Notes under the pieces: model-generated
Databases searched by the model: none
What the model saw: the letters and a program-made list of their open reading frames with translations, nothing else
Told to the model about the DNA's origin: nothing
In this document: in pieces, positions 43,452 through 52,112 of the stretch
How positions within the stretch are numbered: position 1 is the stretch's first letter
Layout: the number at the start of each line of letters is the position of its first letter
Program-made: the position numbers and the translations under genes
Assembly (NCBI GenBank): GCA_038213615.1
Contig: JBBQSV010000002.1
Coordinates: 1-53,979, forward strand
Direction: 5' to 3'
Length of the DNA stretch: 53,979 bases
Source of the DNA: Candidatus Saccharimonadales bacterium
GTDB taxonomy: Bacteria > Patescibacteriota > Saccharimonadia > Saccharimonadales > OMJO01

Positions 43452-44162
43452 TTAAACCTTCTGGGCGAAAACTACTGTGCTGACTGATTTGGCGCCAGCC
43501 CGACGCAAAACCTGGGCGGCAATCTGTATAGTCGCCCCAGTGGTGCTGATATCATCTACCAAGCACACCGGGCGGCCCGTGAATCGATTCGTACTAACAG
43601 CGTAAAAAGCACCGTCTAGTTGTTTGAGCCTAATCTGTCGCCCGGCGCCTACTTGGCGACTTTGACCCTCGCGGCGCAGGGCAGACACATAAGGTCTTTG
43701 GGCAATCCGGGCTAGTTCCTTGGCAATCAGACTAGCTTGATCATAGCCCCGCTGACGTACTCGACTGGTAGCCGTTGGGACCGGGATAAAAACTAGATCT
43801 TTTGGTAGCAGCGGCAACAAATCAGCCATCTGCTGGGCCATTACGGTGGCCGCCGAACGAACCCGCCCAAACTTCAAGGCCCGGGCCAAGTCTTTGGCTA
43901 GACCATCGTACTCACTACAAATCCAAACATTTTTCAGCGCAGTCTGTCGTCGACATTTGGCACAGACTGCAAAGTCGCGACTCAACGACTTGCAACGGTA
44001 GCAGCGTGGTGCGACAGGTAATAGCTCAGCCTGGCTACAAGCCTGGCACAAAATGGCTCCCTCGACGCCACACCCCAAACAATCGTGTGGGGCTAGCAAG
44101 CTAATAATTCTCTCGGTGACAAACATTGTTGTGATTAATGTGTTGTAAATATCCACAGGCAC
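43452..44162 (-). CDS. comFC: ComF family protein (Zn-finger plus phosphoribosyltransferase domain)
   Basis: CLGCG...CQAC...CYRC...CAKC cysteine clusters, and the PRTase motif VCLVDDISTTGAT. The start is either GTG at 44162 or ATG at 44126. Confidence 0.75.
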   Translation of the reverse strand: MPVDIYNTLITTMFVTERIISLLAPHDCLGCGVEGAILCQACSQAELLPVAPRCYRCKSLSRDFAVCAKCRRQTALKNVWICSEYDGLAKDLARALKFGRVRSAATVMAQQMADLLPLLPKDLVFIPVPTATSRVRQRGYDQASLIAKELARIAQRPYVSALRREGQSRQVGAGRQIRLKQLDGAFYAVSTNRFTGRPVCLVDDISTTGATIQIAAQVLRRAGAKSVSTVVFAQKV

Positions 44163-44230
44163 GGTTGCGCCTGTTTCATAAACTAAGCTATACTAGCCAG
44201 TAACAAAAAATGCAAACATAAAATCGATTA

Positions 44231-44305
44231 TTAAGAGAAAGAGTAGCCTCAAAATGTATTCCATTTTGCTGGCTCAGATGAGAAAAACTTAGGTTTATCT
44301 CATTA
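44231..44305 (+). repeat. ~75-nt two-hairpin direct repeat, copy B
   Basis: See copy A. It ends about 5 nt before the hsp20 SD. Confidence 0.75.
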
Positions 44306-44325
44306 ACGTGGAGGGTAACAACTTT

Positions 44326-44808
44326 ATGGCACGCAAGAGCCAAGACGACGATTTACTGATGGAAGATGAACTAACAGCTGCCTTTTTGGGCGATGATGAT
44401 GACGCGTCTGTAGCGCCGGCAGGTGATGATTCTCAGCCAGCTACACCAGCCGGTAACGATGATTGGGACGAAGAAGAGGCTGTAGCCGGCCAGCTAGCTG
44501 TAGACGTATATGAAACCAAAGAAAAGCTGATTGTTAAAGCCCGTACTGCGGGTGTTAACAAGAACGAACTAGATGTCAGCATCGCGGATAACACGCTGAG
44601 TATTCACGGCACTCTATCAGCCGGTTCAGAAGAAGAAGTCGAGAACTACTACACTCAGGAATGCTACTGGGGGGAATTCTCTCGTAGTCTAGTGTTACCA
44701 GTGCCCGTAAAAGAAGACGAGATCGAAGCCGTACTAAAAGACGGTGTACTGACTATTAGTTTCTCTAAGGTCAAACAAGATACTGTCAAAAAGATCCAAG
44801 TCCTCTGA
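44326..44808 (+). CDS. Hsp20/alpha-crystallin family small heat-shock protein with an acidic N-terminal extension
   Basis: LAVDVYETKEKLIVKARTAGV...GEFSRSLVLPVPV...LKDGVLTISF. GGAGGG lies 10 nt before the ATG at 44326. Confidence 0.8.
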   Translation: MARKSQDDDLLMEDELTAAFLGDDDDASVAPAGDDSQPATPAGNDDWDEEEAVAGQLAVDVYETKEKLIVKARTAGVNKNELDVSIADNTLSIHGTLSAGSEEEVENYYTQECYWGEFSRSLVLPVPVKEDEIEAVLKDGVLTISFSKVKQDTVKKIQVL

Positions 44809-45097
44809 TATTCATCACGCCGGCAAGTATGTTGCGGTGTAGAGCCCCAAAGATACTTGCCTCTCGGCTAATTTAGGCTTGCCGCTTTACGATACTTGTT
44901 CAACGTATTGATTATACGTCTTGCTCCGTTTCGCAGTGGCGTACCCAAATTAGCACGGGCGTGGCTAAGTATCTGCGGGGTTATGGGGGATAAGTGTAGT
45001 TCGGTCCGTTGCTCGCTGCTTTCGCCACACCGAACCCAAACATGTCAATAATTCTATTGTGCCGACCGATCGGCTCAGTAAGGGAAGTGTTATCCAA

Positions 45098-45129
45098 CAA
45101 AAAACCGCCCATCTCGGGGCGGTTTTTTT
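45098..45129. terminator. Bidirectional rho-independent terminator
   Basis: aaaaaaccgccc-atctcg-gggcggttttttt, immediately after the last pilin gene. Confidence 0.7.
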
Positions 45130-45146
45130 AACTTTCTGGTCGTAGA

Positions 45147-45584
45147 TTATACTCCGGCTGCAGTGTTAACTTTGTTTAGCACAAACTTGACGATGATCTG
45201 CGCCAGGGCCACAATCACCAAGCCGATAACGGCGTAGAGGATGGTGTTCTTGGCGCCTACCAGGTTAGCATCGTTGCCGCCAGACATGATGTACTTCAGG
45301 CCACCAATGATGATCATGATGACCGAGATAACACCGACGACTATCGAAAAGATGTTAATAACAAGCTTTAGGATGTTATCAATGCTCGTGCCGCTTTCGG
45401 CGCCAGGCTTACTACAACCGGCACCAGCTCCGTCCCTGGTTACACCACTAATACTGAAATCGCTACCACAGCCAACCCCACCGGCAAGGTCAGCAGCATG
45501 GGCTGCGGCTGGCGCGGCAAAGGGCACAACAAGTAGAGTTAATAAACTAGCTTTGGTTAACAGTGACTTTATTTTTTGGATCAT
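45147..45584 (-). CDS. VirB2/TrbC-like T4SS pilin paralog 6
   Basis: Signal peptide, a 2-Cys ectodomain, and then a TM-loop-TM module IIGGLKYIMSGGNDANLVGAKNTILYAVIGLVIV. Confidence 0.65.
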   Translation of the reverse strand: MIQKIKSLLTKASLLTLLVVPFAAPAAAHAADLAGGVGCGSDFSISGVTRDGAGAGCSKPGAESGTSIDNILKLVINIFSIVVGVISVIMIIIGGLKYIMSGGNDANLVGAKNTILYAVIGLVIVALAQIIVKFVLNKVNTAAGV

Positions 45585-45656
45585 ATTTTACCTTTCTTAA
45601 GTATAGCTTAACTTATATCACATTTGGGGCGGCCACATCAAGTGACAGACGCCTAA

Positions 45657-46061
45657 CTAGACAGCTTTTGATACCCGGTATATAACAAAATGCACGATAA
45701 TTTGGGCCAGAACTACTATAACCAGACCAATTATGGCGTACAAAATAGTGTTTTTAGCGCTGTTTAGTTGGGTGCTGTCGCCCTGGGACATAATGTATTT
45801 GAGTCCCCCGATGATAACCATGACGACTGCGATAACACCAACAAGCACCGACAGTACGTTGACCACCAACGCCAGTGTGCTATCTACACTGGGCGAGTCT
45901 TTGGGGGAATCACAGCCTTTGTCGCCGGTGACGGCGGCTACGCCGGTGCAAATATCAGTCTTGGCCGTGGCCGAAGCAACTGCAGCAAATGGCATAGTAA
46001 GCATGAACGTAGCAGCGGCTGCGGCTAGGGTCAGGATTATTCGGTGCATCAGTTTATTCAT
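45657..46061 (-). CDS. VirB2/TrbC-like T4SS pilin paralog 5
   Basis: Signal peptide, a 2-Cys ectodomain, and IIGGLKYIMSQGDSTQLNSAKNTILYAIIGLVIV. Confidence 0.65.
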   Translation of the reverse strand: MNKLMHRIILTLAAAAATFMLTMPFAAVASATAKTDICTGVAAVTGDKGCDSPKDSPSVDSTLALVVNVLSVLVGVIAVVMVIIGGLKYIMSQGDSTQLNSAKNTILYAIIGLVIVVLAQIIVHFVIYRVSKAV

Positions 46062-46078
46062 TATTTCTCCTATGAATG

Positions 46079-46492
46079 CTAAAGCTTATTTACCACAAGT
46101 TTAACTATTACCTGTGCCATTATAGCAATCGCTAGACCTATGGCGGCATACATAATGGTATCTTTGGCCTTGGCGGTCTTGGCCGAATCACCAGTAGACA
46201 TGACATATTGCAGCCCGCCCAGGATGACCACTATCACAGAGGCGACACCCACGATAATAGTCACGATATTTACCACTTTGGGTATTATGCCGTTGGGGCC
46301 AGATATCGGGTCGATGCCAGGGTCAGTACGGCCAGCACAGGCTGTGCTATCTTTGGCTTCTGGCTGGCTACAGACACAAGACAGTGGATCGTTGGGACTC
46401 GAGTCGCAGACTGCCTTGGCTGGTAGGGTCATGGCTAGCGGCAGGGCCAGCGCCACAAGTGCGCTGACTACTAAAATAAGCTTCTTGATCAT
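46079..46492 (-). CDS. VirB2/TrbC-like T4SS pilin paralog 4
   Basis: The start at MIKKLIL overlaps the upstream stop by ATGA. A 4-Cys ectodomain, and ILGGLQYVMSTGDSAKTAKAKDTIMYAAIGLAIA. Confidence 0.65.
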   Translation of the reverse strand: MIKKLILVVSALVALALPLAMTLPAKAVCDSSPNDPLSCVCSQPEAKDSTACAGRTDPGIDPISGPNGIIPKVVNIVTIIVGVASVIVVILGGLQYVMSTGDSAKTAKAKDTIMYAAIGLAIAIMAQVIVKLVVNKL

Positions 46493-46773
46493 AGAAGCTT
46501 CTCCAGTACGACCTTGATAATCCCCTCGGCTAAGATACAAACGGCCAGGCCGATAACCGCATACATGATGGTGTCTTTGGCTTTGGCTGTCTGGGCCGGA
46601 TCACCCTGCGACATAACATATTTTAAACCAGCTAAAATGACAATCAGCACCGACACAGCGCCCAAGGTCACAAAAAAGATAGTAAGCGCCAAGGTTAGAG
46701 GGTGAGAAGAACCGATGCCCGTGCGGGGCAGAGGACAAAGGTCTATGCCCGATCCTGAATATTTACAAGCCAT
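46489..46773 (-). CDS. VirB2/TrbC-like T4SS pilin paralog 3 (short, no obvious signal peptide)
   Basis: ILAGLKYVMSQGDPAQTAKAKDTIMYAVIGLAVC, and a 2-Cys N-terminus. Confidence 0.55.
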   Translation of the reverse strand: MACKYSGSGIDLCPLPRTGIGSSHPLTLALTIFFVTLGAVSVLIVILAGLKYVMSQGDPAQTAKAKDTIMYAVIGLAVCILAEGIIKVVLEKLL

Positions 46774-46775
46774 GC

Positions 46776-47183
46776 TTAAGCTCCCAGCCTGTTCCCTACA
46801 AACGATACTATTACCGTAGCTGATGCGGCGATAACCAGGCCAATCACAGCGTTACGGATAGTCTCTAAGGCTTTTTTGGTGTTATCGGGTTCGCCCTGCG
46901 AAACTACATACTGGAAGCCACCATACAAAATATATACAAAGGCTACCGCTCCAGCGATAGTTGTTAGGGCGCTGACTATGGCTACGCCTAGAAGCAGGAA
47001 TTGTTCGGGATTCTTACCAAAGTCGACAGCCACCACAGTACATTGGCCACCAGCGTCATAGCGCATGGGCAAGTACGTATACCATCTTGGGATGAGCCCC
47101 AACAAGCGCGTTTTGTCGCCAGTGCAGGTTTGGCCAGATAGAGGATTAACGGCCTGGGCAAACAAAGTACTAAAGAAATTCAT
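46776..47183 (-). CDS. VirB2/TrbC-like T4SS pilin paralog 2 (divergent)
   Basis: LYGGFQYVVSQGEPDNTKKALETIRNAVIGLVIA, and a 2-Cys N-terminal region. Confidence 0.55.
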   Translation of the reverse strand: MNFFSTLFAQAVNPLSGQTCTGDKTRLLGLIPRWYTYLPMRYDAGGQCTVVAVDFGKNPEQFLLLGVAIVSALTTIAGAVAFVYILYGGFQYVVSQGEPDNTKKALETIRNAVIGLVIAASATVIVSFVGNRLGA

Positions 47184-47947
47184 AGCTGTTTACCTGGCAA
47201 CGTCCACGCCAATATGACATAAAGTAACAGAAACATAACTAGAGCAAATATAGCATTAAATATACGTTTTTTGGCAGAAGCCACACGGGCTTGGTCGCCA
47301 CCGGCCGTAGAATATTCGATGCCACCAATAATTATCATTATCAATACTATGATCCCAACCGCACCGGCCGCCAAATTTATGAGCGGGTTGATTATGTTTT
47401 CGGTTATTTTGCAGGTGGTCGAAGAGCCGCAAGCCGATCCGAACGAGGCAGTGTCTGACTGCCTACCAGGGCAGGTTACCTGACCAGTTGCGATGCTCTG
47501 GCAGCTCTCGCCACCATTAGCGTTATCGATGCCCACCAGGTCACTTGTATCCCACAGCTTTGAGTCGGTCTCTTTCACGCATATCCAGCCCAGGCCGTGT
47601 ATCAAATGACTAGTGGAACCATCGCAGGTATTAATGGATGAATCATTGGTAGTAAGCGTAGACAGGGTATAACCCTTTGGGTCTGAAGTCTTTAATCTTA
47701 TGCAGGCGTAGTGATTAACCCCCTTAACCTTACTGGGGTCTTTGTTTGGCTCTATGTTGGAGTATTCTACAACATCACCAACCTGACACTTATTATCAAC
47801 CAGTTGGTATTCGTAATTTTTGTCGTGTCCAGTCGGCGAGATGGCACCTATGGCCTGGGGCGTAATGCTGGAGACGCCAACCACAACCAACGTCAGGGCA
47901 GCCAGTTGGATCAGATTTTTTGTTAGTTTATTTAAGTTTAGTTTCAT
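47180..47947 (-). CDS. Pilin-module fusion protein: ~170-aa Cys-rich ectodomain plus a C-terminal VirB2-like module
   Basis: Signal peptide, 10 Cys in the ectodomain, and a C-terminal IIGGIEYSTAGGDQARVASAKKRIFNAIFALVMF. Confidence 0.6.
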   Translation of the reverse strand: MKLNLNKLTKNLIQLAALTLVVVGVSSITPQAIGAISPTGHDKNYEYQLVDNKCQVGDVVEYSNIEPNKDPSKVKGVNHYACIRLKTSDPKGYTLSTLTTNDSSINTCDGSTSHLIHGLGWICVKETDSKLWDTSDLVGIDNANGGESCQSIATGQVTCPGRQSDTASFGSACGSSTTCKITENIINPLINLAAGAVGIIVLIMIIIGGIEYSTAGGDQARVASAKKRIFNAIFALVMFLLLYVILAWTLPGKQL

Positions 47948-48078
47948 GAGTGATATCAGATTGCATTGTATAACTATTCAGGATAATTGTCTAACCCCTT
48001 AGCGTCGGGATTTTTACACCCTAATAAGTGGCCTAATTATCTCTGTTTTTTATGCCTTTTATGCTACATTTATAAGTA

Positions 48079-51000
48079 ATGCGTAAAAAGTTATTCCTGT
48101 GGTTTGGGCTCTTATTAATATCCTTAGGTTTAGCCCTACCACTACTTAAACCCACGGCCATCGCCGCTAGTACTAATAACGATGGGGTGACTGATCTTAA
48201 GCGACGGCAGCTACATACTTATGCTGACTGTTTGGCACAAATTAATACATCTGGGGAAATTTCTAAGCCTGATGGTTTATTCAAAAACTTTAATGACCGC
48301 CTTAATGGCGACACAGGAAGTTATGGCTCAAAACAGGCAACCGTCGTTGGTCTAGACCGCGACACAACAAACGGTGTTGTATCGTGCTACTCAGCCATAA
48401 GGGATGGCGAGCATGCACTCGACAACTTGACTTTCACCAGCGATGCCATACGCAATTATATGGTCGAAAAACTAACTGGTTATTGTTTTAGTAAATGTCT
48501 GTATACGTCCGGTAAAGCAGTCACCGGCACCACTAAGATTCCTCTCGATAAAGTCCAGTACCATCTGAGCTTACTTAAAAACAGGGTTGGTCAAGCCGAA
48601 TCTAAATTTGACCCGCCCAGTAACTATTTAATTGCTAGTCGTGTGCTCAAGATGTATAGCGTATGCTACAACGTCACTACCAAGCCGCCTAGTGGTAGCT
48701 ATGACGGCCTAACCATGGATGGTGGGTGGCTTATAAAAAGGGGTGCGCACGATACGCTAGCACAGGCCGTAGCCAAAGGTATAATTACCCACACCAGAAC
48801 TGCCCACCTTACTGCCCACTTTGATGAGTATTACGTCGGCGACATAAACCTAAATTATTTGGCATCTCTTCCTTTCGAAAGTGATGCCAGTTTGGATGGC
48901 GGAGATGACTTTTATCCGATGGGTGATGACTCAGTAGCCAGCCAGGGGCGTTTCAAGAACGAGTTTATCAACTGCGACTACATCAAAAACCACAAGAAAG
49001 ACGTACTGAAAGACGTATCTATCAGCTCAACTGGGGCGATTGTGCTAAAGGGGAGTGACGGCAACCCTAACATAACGGCCAGCGGTAGTGGCACCAATGG
49101 TACCACAATTGGCGAGCTTAAGTGTGATGTATCAATAAACCCACTGACCTGGTTTGTCTGCCCATTGGTATCACTAGCCAACACCGCACTACAAACATTT
49201 GATTCCGCCATAAGCAATCGTTTGTGCATAGACACCTCCAAGGTATTTAACATATCGGGTAAGTCTGGCGCAACCACTGGTAACTGCGCCAACAGCAGCA
49301 GTGATCCTTCAGCTGGCGCAGACAGCTCACAAGCTTTCTACGCAGCCTGGAACGGGTTCAGAATAATAGCTGTCTCTATGCTGGTGTTGATTGGCCTGGT
49401 TATGGTAATATCTCAGGCTTTCGCGATAGGACCGTTTGACGCTTACACCGTTAAGAAAGTATTACCTCGATTGTTGGTGGCGGTGATAATGATATCAGCC
49501 TCGTGGTACGCCATGCAGTTCCTGATCAATATGTCTAATGACCTAGGGGTTGGGGTGCGGGCAGCCATAGAAACACCGTTTAGTAACCTGGGGAATCCTC
49601 ACTTAAACACCTCGATTATTTCGGGTGGTGCTGTAGCCGGAGCAGTAGCCTTTGTAGCACTGGGACCATTAGGAATGCTTAGTTTCGCTCTTATCGGATT
49701 GGTAGCCGTAATCATAGCCTTTGCCGTGATAGTGATACGAGAAATGGTAATCCTATTTTTGGTGATATTGTCGCCAATTGCTATCGTGGCCTACATACTT
49801 CCAGGCACCCAGAAGGTCTGGAAGCTATGGTGGGATACGTTTAGCCGGGGGCTCCTAATGTTCCCGATCATTGAGGGATTCATAGCTATGGGTCATGCCT
49901 TTGCGGTGGTTAGCTACGTAGATGACAAAAGCCTGCTGGCCCAAATGGTGACATTTGTCGCCTATTTTGGCCCATATTTTGCCCTACCGATGGCATTCAA
50001 GCTAGCCGGGGGCGCCATTGGCAACATTAGTGGCATGGTTAACGACCGCAGTCGCGGCATACTGGACAGGTCGCGCAAATACCGTGAAGGTCAAGTGACT
50101 AAGAACACGGCCAAACTGTGGGCTGGGGAGCGATTCCAGGGCAAGAGCTACATACCTGGGAGTCGACGATTGGCAAGTAGGCTGAACGCTACTACTAGCC
50201 GTGCGGGCGTGAAGAACTTCGGTTTCGGGCGAATAGGACAAGAATCACTGAAGCAGAAGCATGCACTGGCAGCGGCTGAGTTTGCCAAAAGTGCAGCCGG
50301 ACAGGCGTCTCAAAATAACGATGGCCTATTACGGGCCCAAACCTACGCCAATGAAATAGAGGCGCGTGCCGGGCTAACGCGTGATTTTCGTATGAATGCT
50401 GCAGATGTAGACACGGCCGTTGCAGCAGCTAAGGCCAACAATGGATTCGGCGCCGTCCGTCAACGTTACGCTGCTCAACAGCTAGGCAGAAGTAGCACTG
50501 GCTATGAGGACTTGACGCAAGTTGCCCAAACCATTGCTCGAGTTTCAGCTAACCAGAGTGAACGTCACGGTCTAGCTGGTCAGATTAACTATGACACTAA
50601 GGCGGCTAACCGTCACGACTTGGCGCCAGGCGTTGGGCAGCTCTCCGGCCTAGCCGATGCAGCCGCCAACGGTAATCTAACCGGGGCCATGCTAGCTGAA
50701 GCAGCCACGGCAGCAGCGGGTAACTTTGATGCGGTTACTATACTGCGGTCTTCGCCACAAGAGGTTGTTAATATCACCCAGGCATTAACTCAAAGACTAG
50801 GGAATCAATGGGCAGAGGCTAATAATGCTGCGCTCCCGCAAGCCCAACGGGATGCCGCCATGGATCAGGTATTGCAGACCGGTGCCCAGATCAGCCAACT
50901 GAATGCTGCCAAGGGTTACGCTAGCCCCGCTAACCAGCAGACCGTAAATGCCATGCTTCACCAGACGGCGGCCATCAGAGCCGCCATGGGGCCTATGGTG

Positions 51001-51120
51001 ACACCCGAGATAGTAGATCCACGGACTGGAGCCGTTACTACGCCCGCTGGACCGTACAGTGGCCGCTGGGAAGAGCTGGCCGCTCGACCACCTGATCCAC
51101 GAAATCCGCTGCTACCATAG
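48079..51120 (+). CDS. Giant polytopic membrane protein, VirB6/TrbL-like (inference), with large N- and C-terminal extensions
   Basis: Signal peptide, a ~400-aa ectodomain, a block of more than 6 TM helices (about aa 425-650), and an Ala/Gln-rich ~360-aa tail. It is the first gene of the T4SS operon. Confidence 0.5.
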   Translation: MRKKLFLWFGLLLISLGLALPLLKPTAIAASTNNDGVTDLKRRQLHTYADCLAQINTSGEISKPDGLFKNFNDRLNGDTGSYGSKQATVVGLDRDTTNGVVSCYSAIRDGEHALDNLTFTSDAIRNYMVEKLTGYCFSKCLYTSGKAVTGTTKIPLDKVQYHLSLLKNRVGQAESKFDPPSNYLIASRVLKMYSVCYNVTTKPPSGSYDGLTMDGGWLIKRGAHDTLAQAVAKGIITHTRTAHLTAHFDEYYVGDINLNYLASLPFESDASLDGGDDFYPMGDDSVASQGRFKNEFINCDYIKNHKKDVLKDVSISSTGAIVLKGSDGNPNITASGSGTNGTTIGELKCDVSINPLTWFVCPLVSLANTALQTFDSAISNRLCIDTSKVFNISGKSGATTGNCANSSSDPSAGADSSQAFYAAWNGFRIIAVSMLVLIGLVMVISQAFAIGPFDAYTVKKVLPRLLVAVIMISASWYAMQFLINMSNDLGVGVRAAIETPFSNLGNPHLNTSIISGGAVAGAVAFVALGPLGMLSFALIGLVAVIIAFAVIVIREMVILFLVILSPIAIVAYILPGTQKVWKLWWDTFSRGLLMFPIIEGFIAMGHAFAVVSYVDDKSLLAQMVTFVAYFGPYFALPMAFKLAGGAIGNISGMVNDRSRGILDRSRKYREGQVTKNTAKLWAGERFQGKSYIPGSRRLASRLNATTSRAGVKNFGFGRIGQESLKQKHALAAAEFAKSAAGQASQNNDGLLRAQTYANEIEARAGLTRDFRMNAADVDTAVAAAKANNGFGAVRQRYAAQQLGRSSTGYEDLTQVAQTIARVSANQSERHGLAGQINYDTKAANRHDLAPGVGQLSGLADAAANGNLTGAMLAEAATAAAGNFDAVTILRSSPQEVVNITQALTQRLGNQWAEANNAALPQAQRDAAMDQVLQTGAQISQLNAAKGYASPANQQTVNAMLHQTAAIRAAMGPMVTPEIVDPRTGAVTTPAGPYSGRWEELAARPPDPRNPLLP

Positions 51121-51129
51121 GAGTAAATT

Positions 51130-52071
51130 ATGGCAACATATAAAGTAATCCAAGACATCGAGGCCGAGGACAAGCTACTAGGCCCACTGAGTATGCGCCA
51201 GCTGATCTATGCAGCCATAGCAGTTAGTTCGATCTTTCTGGCTTATCAGCTAGCACTCCATGTTAAGTGGTTTTTGGCGGTGCCGTTCTTGCCAATAATC
51301 GGACTGTTCGGCCTGCTGGCCGCACCGTTTGGGCATGACCAATCGTCCGAAATTTGGCTGCTAGCCAAGGTCCGTTTTTTACTAAAACCCAGGAGCCGTA
51401 TCTGGGATCAAAACGGCATCAAGCAGCTGGTCACCATCACCGTCCCCAAACGTGTAGAACAGCGCCTAACCAACGGCATGGACCAGTCCGAGGTCGCCAG
51501 TCGTCTGCAGGCCCTAGCTAGTACTCTAGATAGCCGTGGTTGGGCCATAAAGAACGCCGCCGTAAACCTAGCCAGCCAGCCATCCTACATTGGCCAGGCT
51601 AGTTCAGACCGCCTGGTAGCACCCAGCAGCATGCCCCAAGACGTGCCCTCTATCGACATTAACGCCAGCGACGACATTTTAGATGCCGCCAGCAACGCTA
51701 CCGCCCAGCACCTAGATCAGTTAATTAACGCCTCGGCCCAAGATCACAAACAAAGAGTCGTGGAGCAGCTACAAAACCCACACGCTGCCCAGCAGCTGCC
51801 CAGCAAAGATAGCCCCTGGTTCATGGACAGTAGCAAGATCACCAACTCTGCCAAATCAGTTACCAAAAAGGCCAAGGGTGCCAAAGACAAGCTAAAAGAA
51901 TCTGTGAAACACCGGGCCGCCAAACCCAAAACCTCCACGACACCATCGGTGGATCCTGTTATACTAGAACTCGCCAACCGTAACGACTTTGACGTGGCAA
52001 CACTGTCGCGCCAAGCCCAAAAAGACCATGGGCAATCAACGGACGGCGAAGTTATTGTACCGCTAAGGTAG
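51130..52071 (+). CDS. PrgI/VirB3-like T4SS membrane protein
   Basis: N-terminal VIQDIEAEDKLLGPLSMRQLIY followed by two TM helices. AGGAG SD. Confidence 0.6.
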   Translation: MATYKVIQDIEAEDKLLGPLSMRQLIYAAIAVSSIFLAYQLALHVKWFLAVPFLPIIGLFGLLAAPFGHDQSSEIWLLAKVRFLLKPRSRIWDQNGIKQLVTITVPKRVEQRLTNGMDQSEVASRLQALASTLDSRGWAIKNAAVNLASQPSYIGQASSDRLVAPSSMPQDVPSIDINASDDILDAASNATAQHLDQLINASAQDHKQRVVEQLQNPHAAQQLPSKDSPWFMDSSKITNSAKSVTKKAKGAKDKLKESVKHRAAKPKTSTTPSVDPVILELANRNDFDVATLSRQAQKDHGQSTDGEVIVPLR

Positions 52072-52112
52072 CTCGGTAAATTATCAACGTAACTAGGTGG
52101 GCTAATTTATAA

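Noticed and set aside
45241-47483. Plus-strand ORFs antisense to the pilin genes (45241-45600, 45733-46104, 46140-46517 and others).
   Set aside because: They are hydrophobic mirror-image ORFs, typical of antisense strands of membrane-protein genes. The minus-strand genes have SDs, signal peptides and a conserved module.
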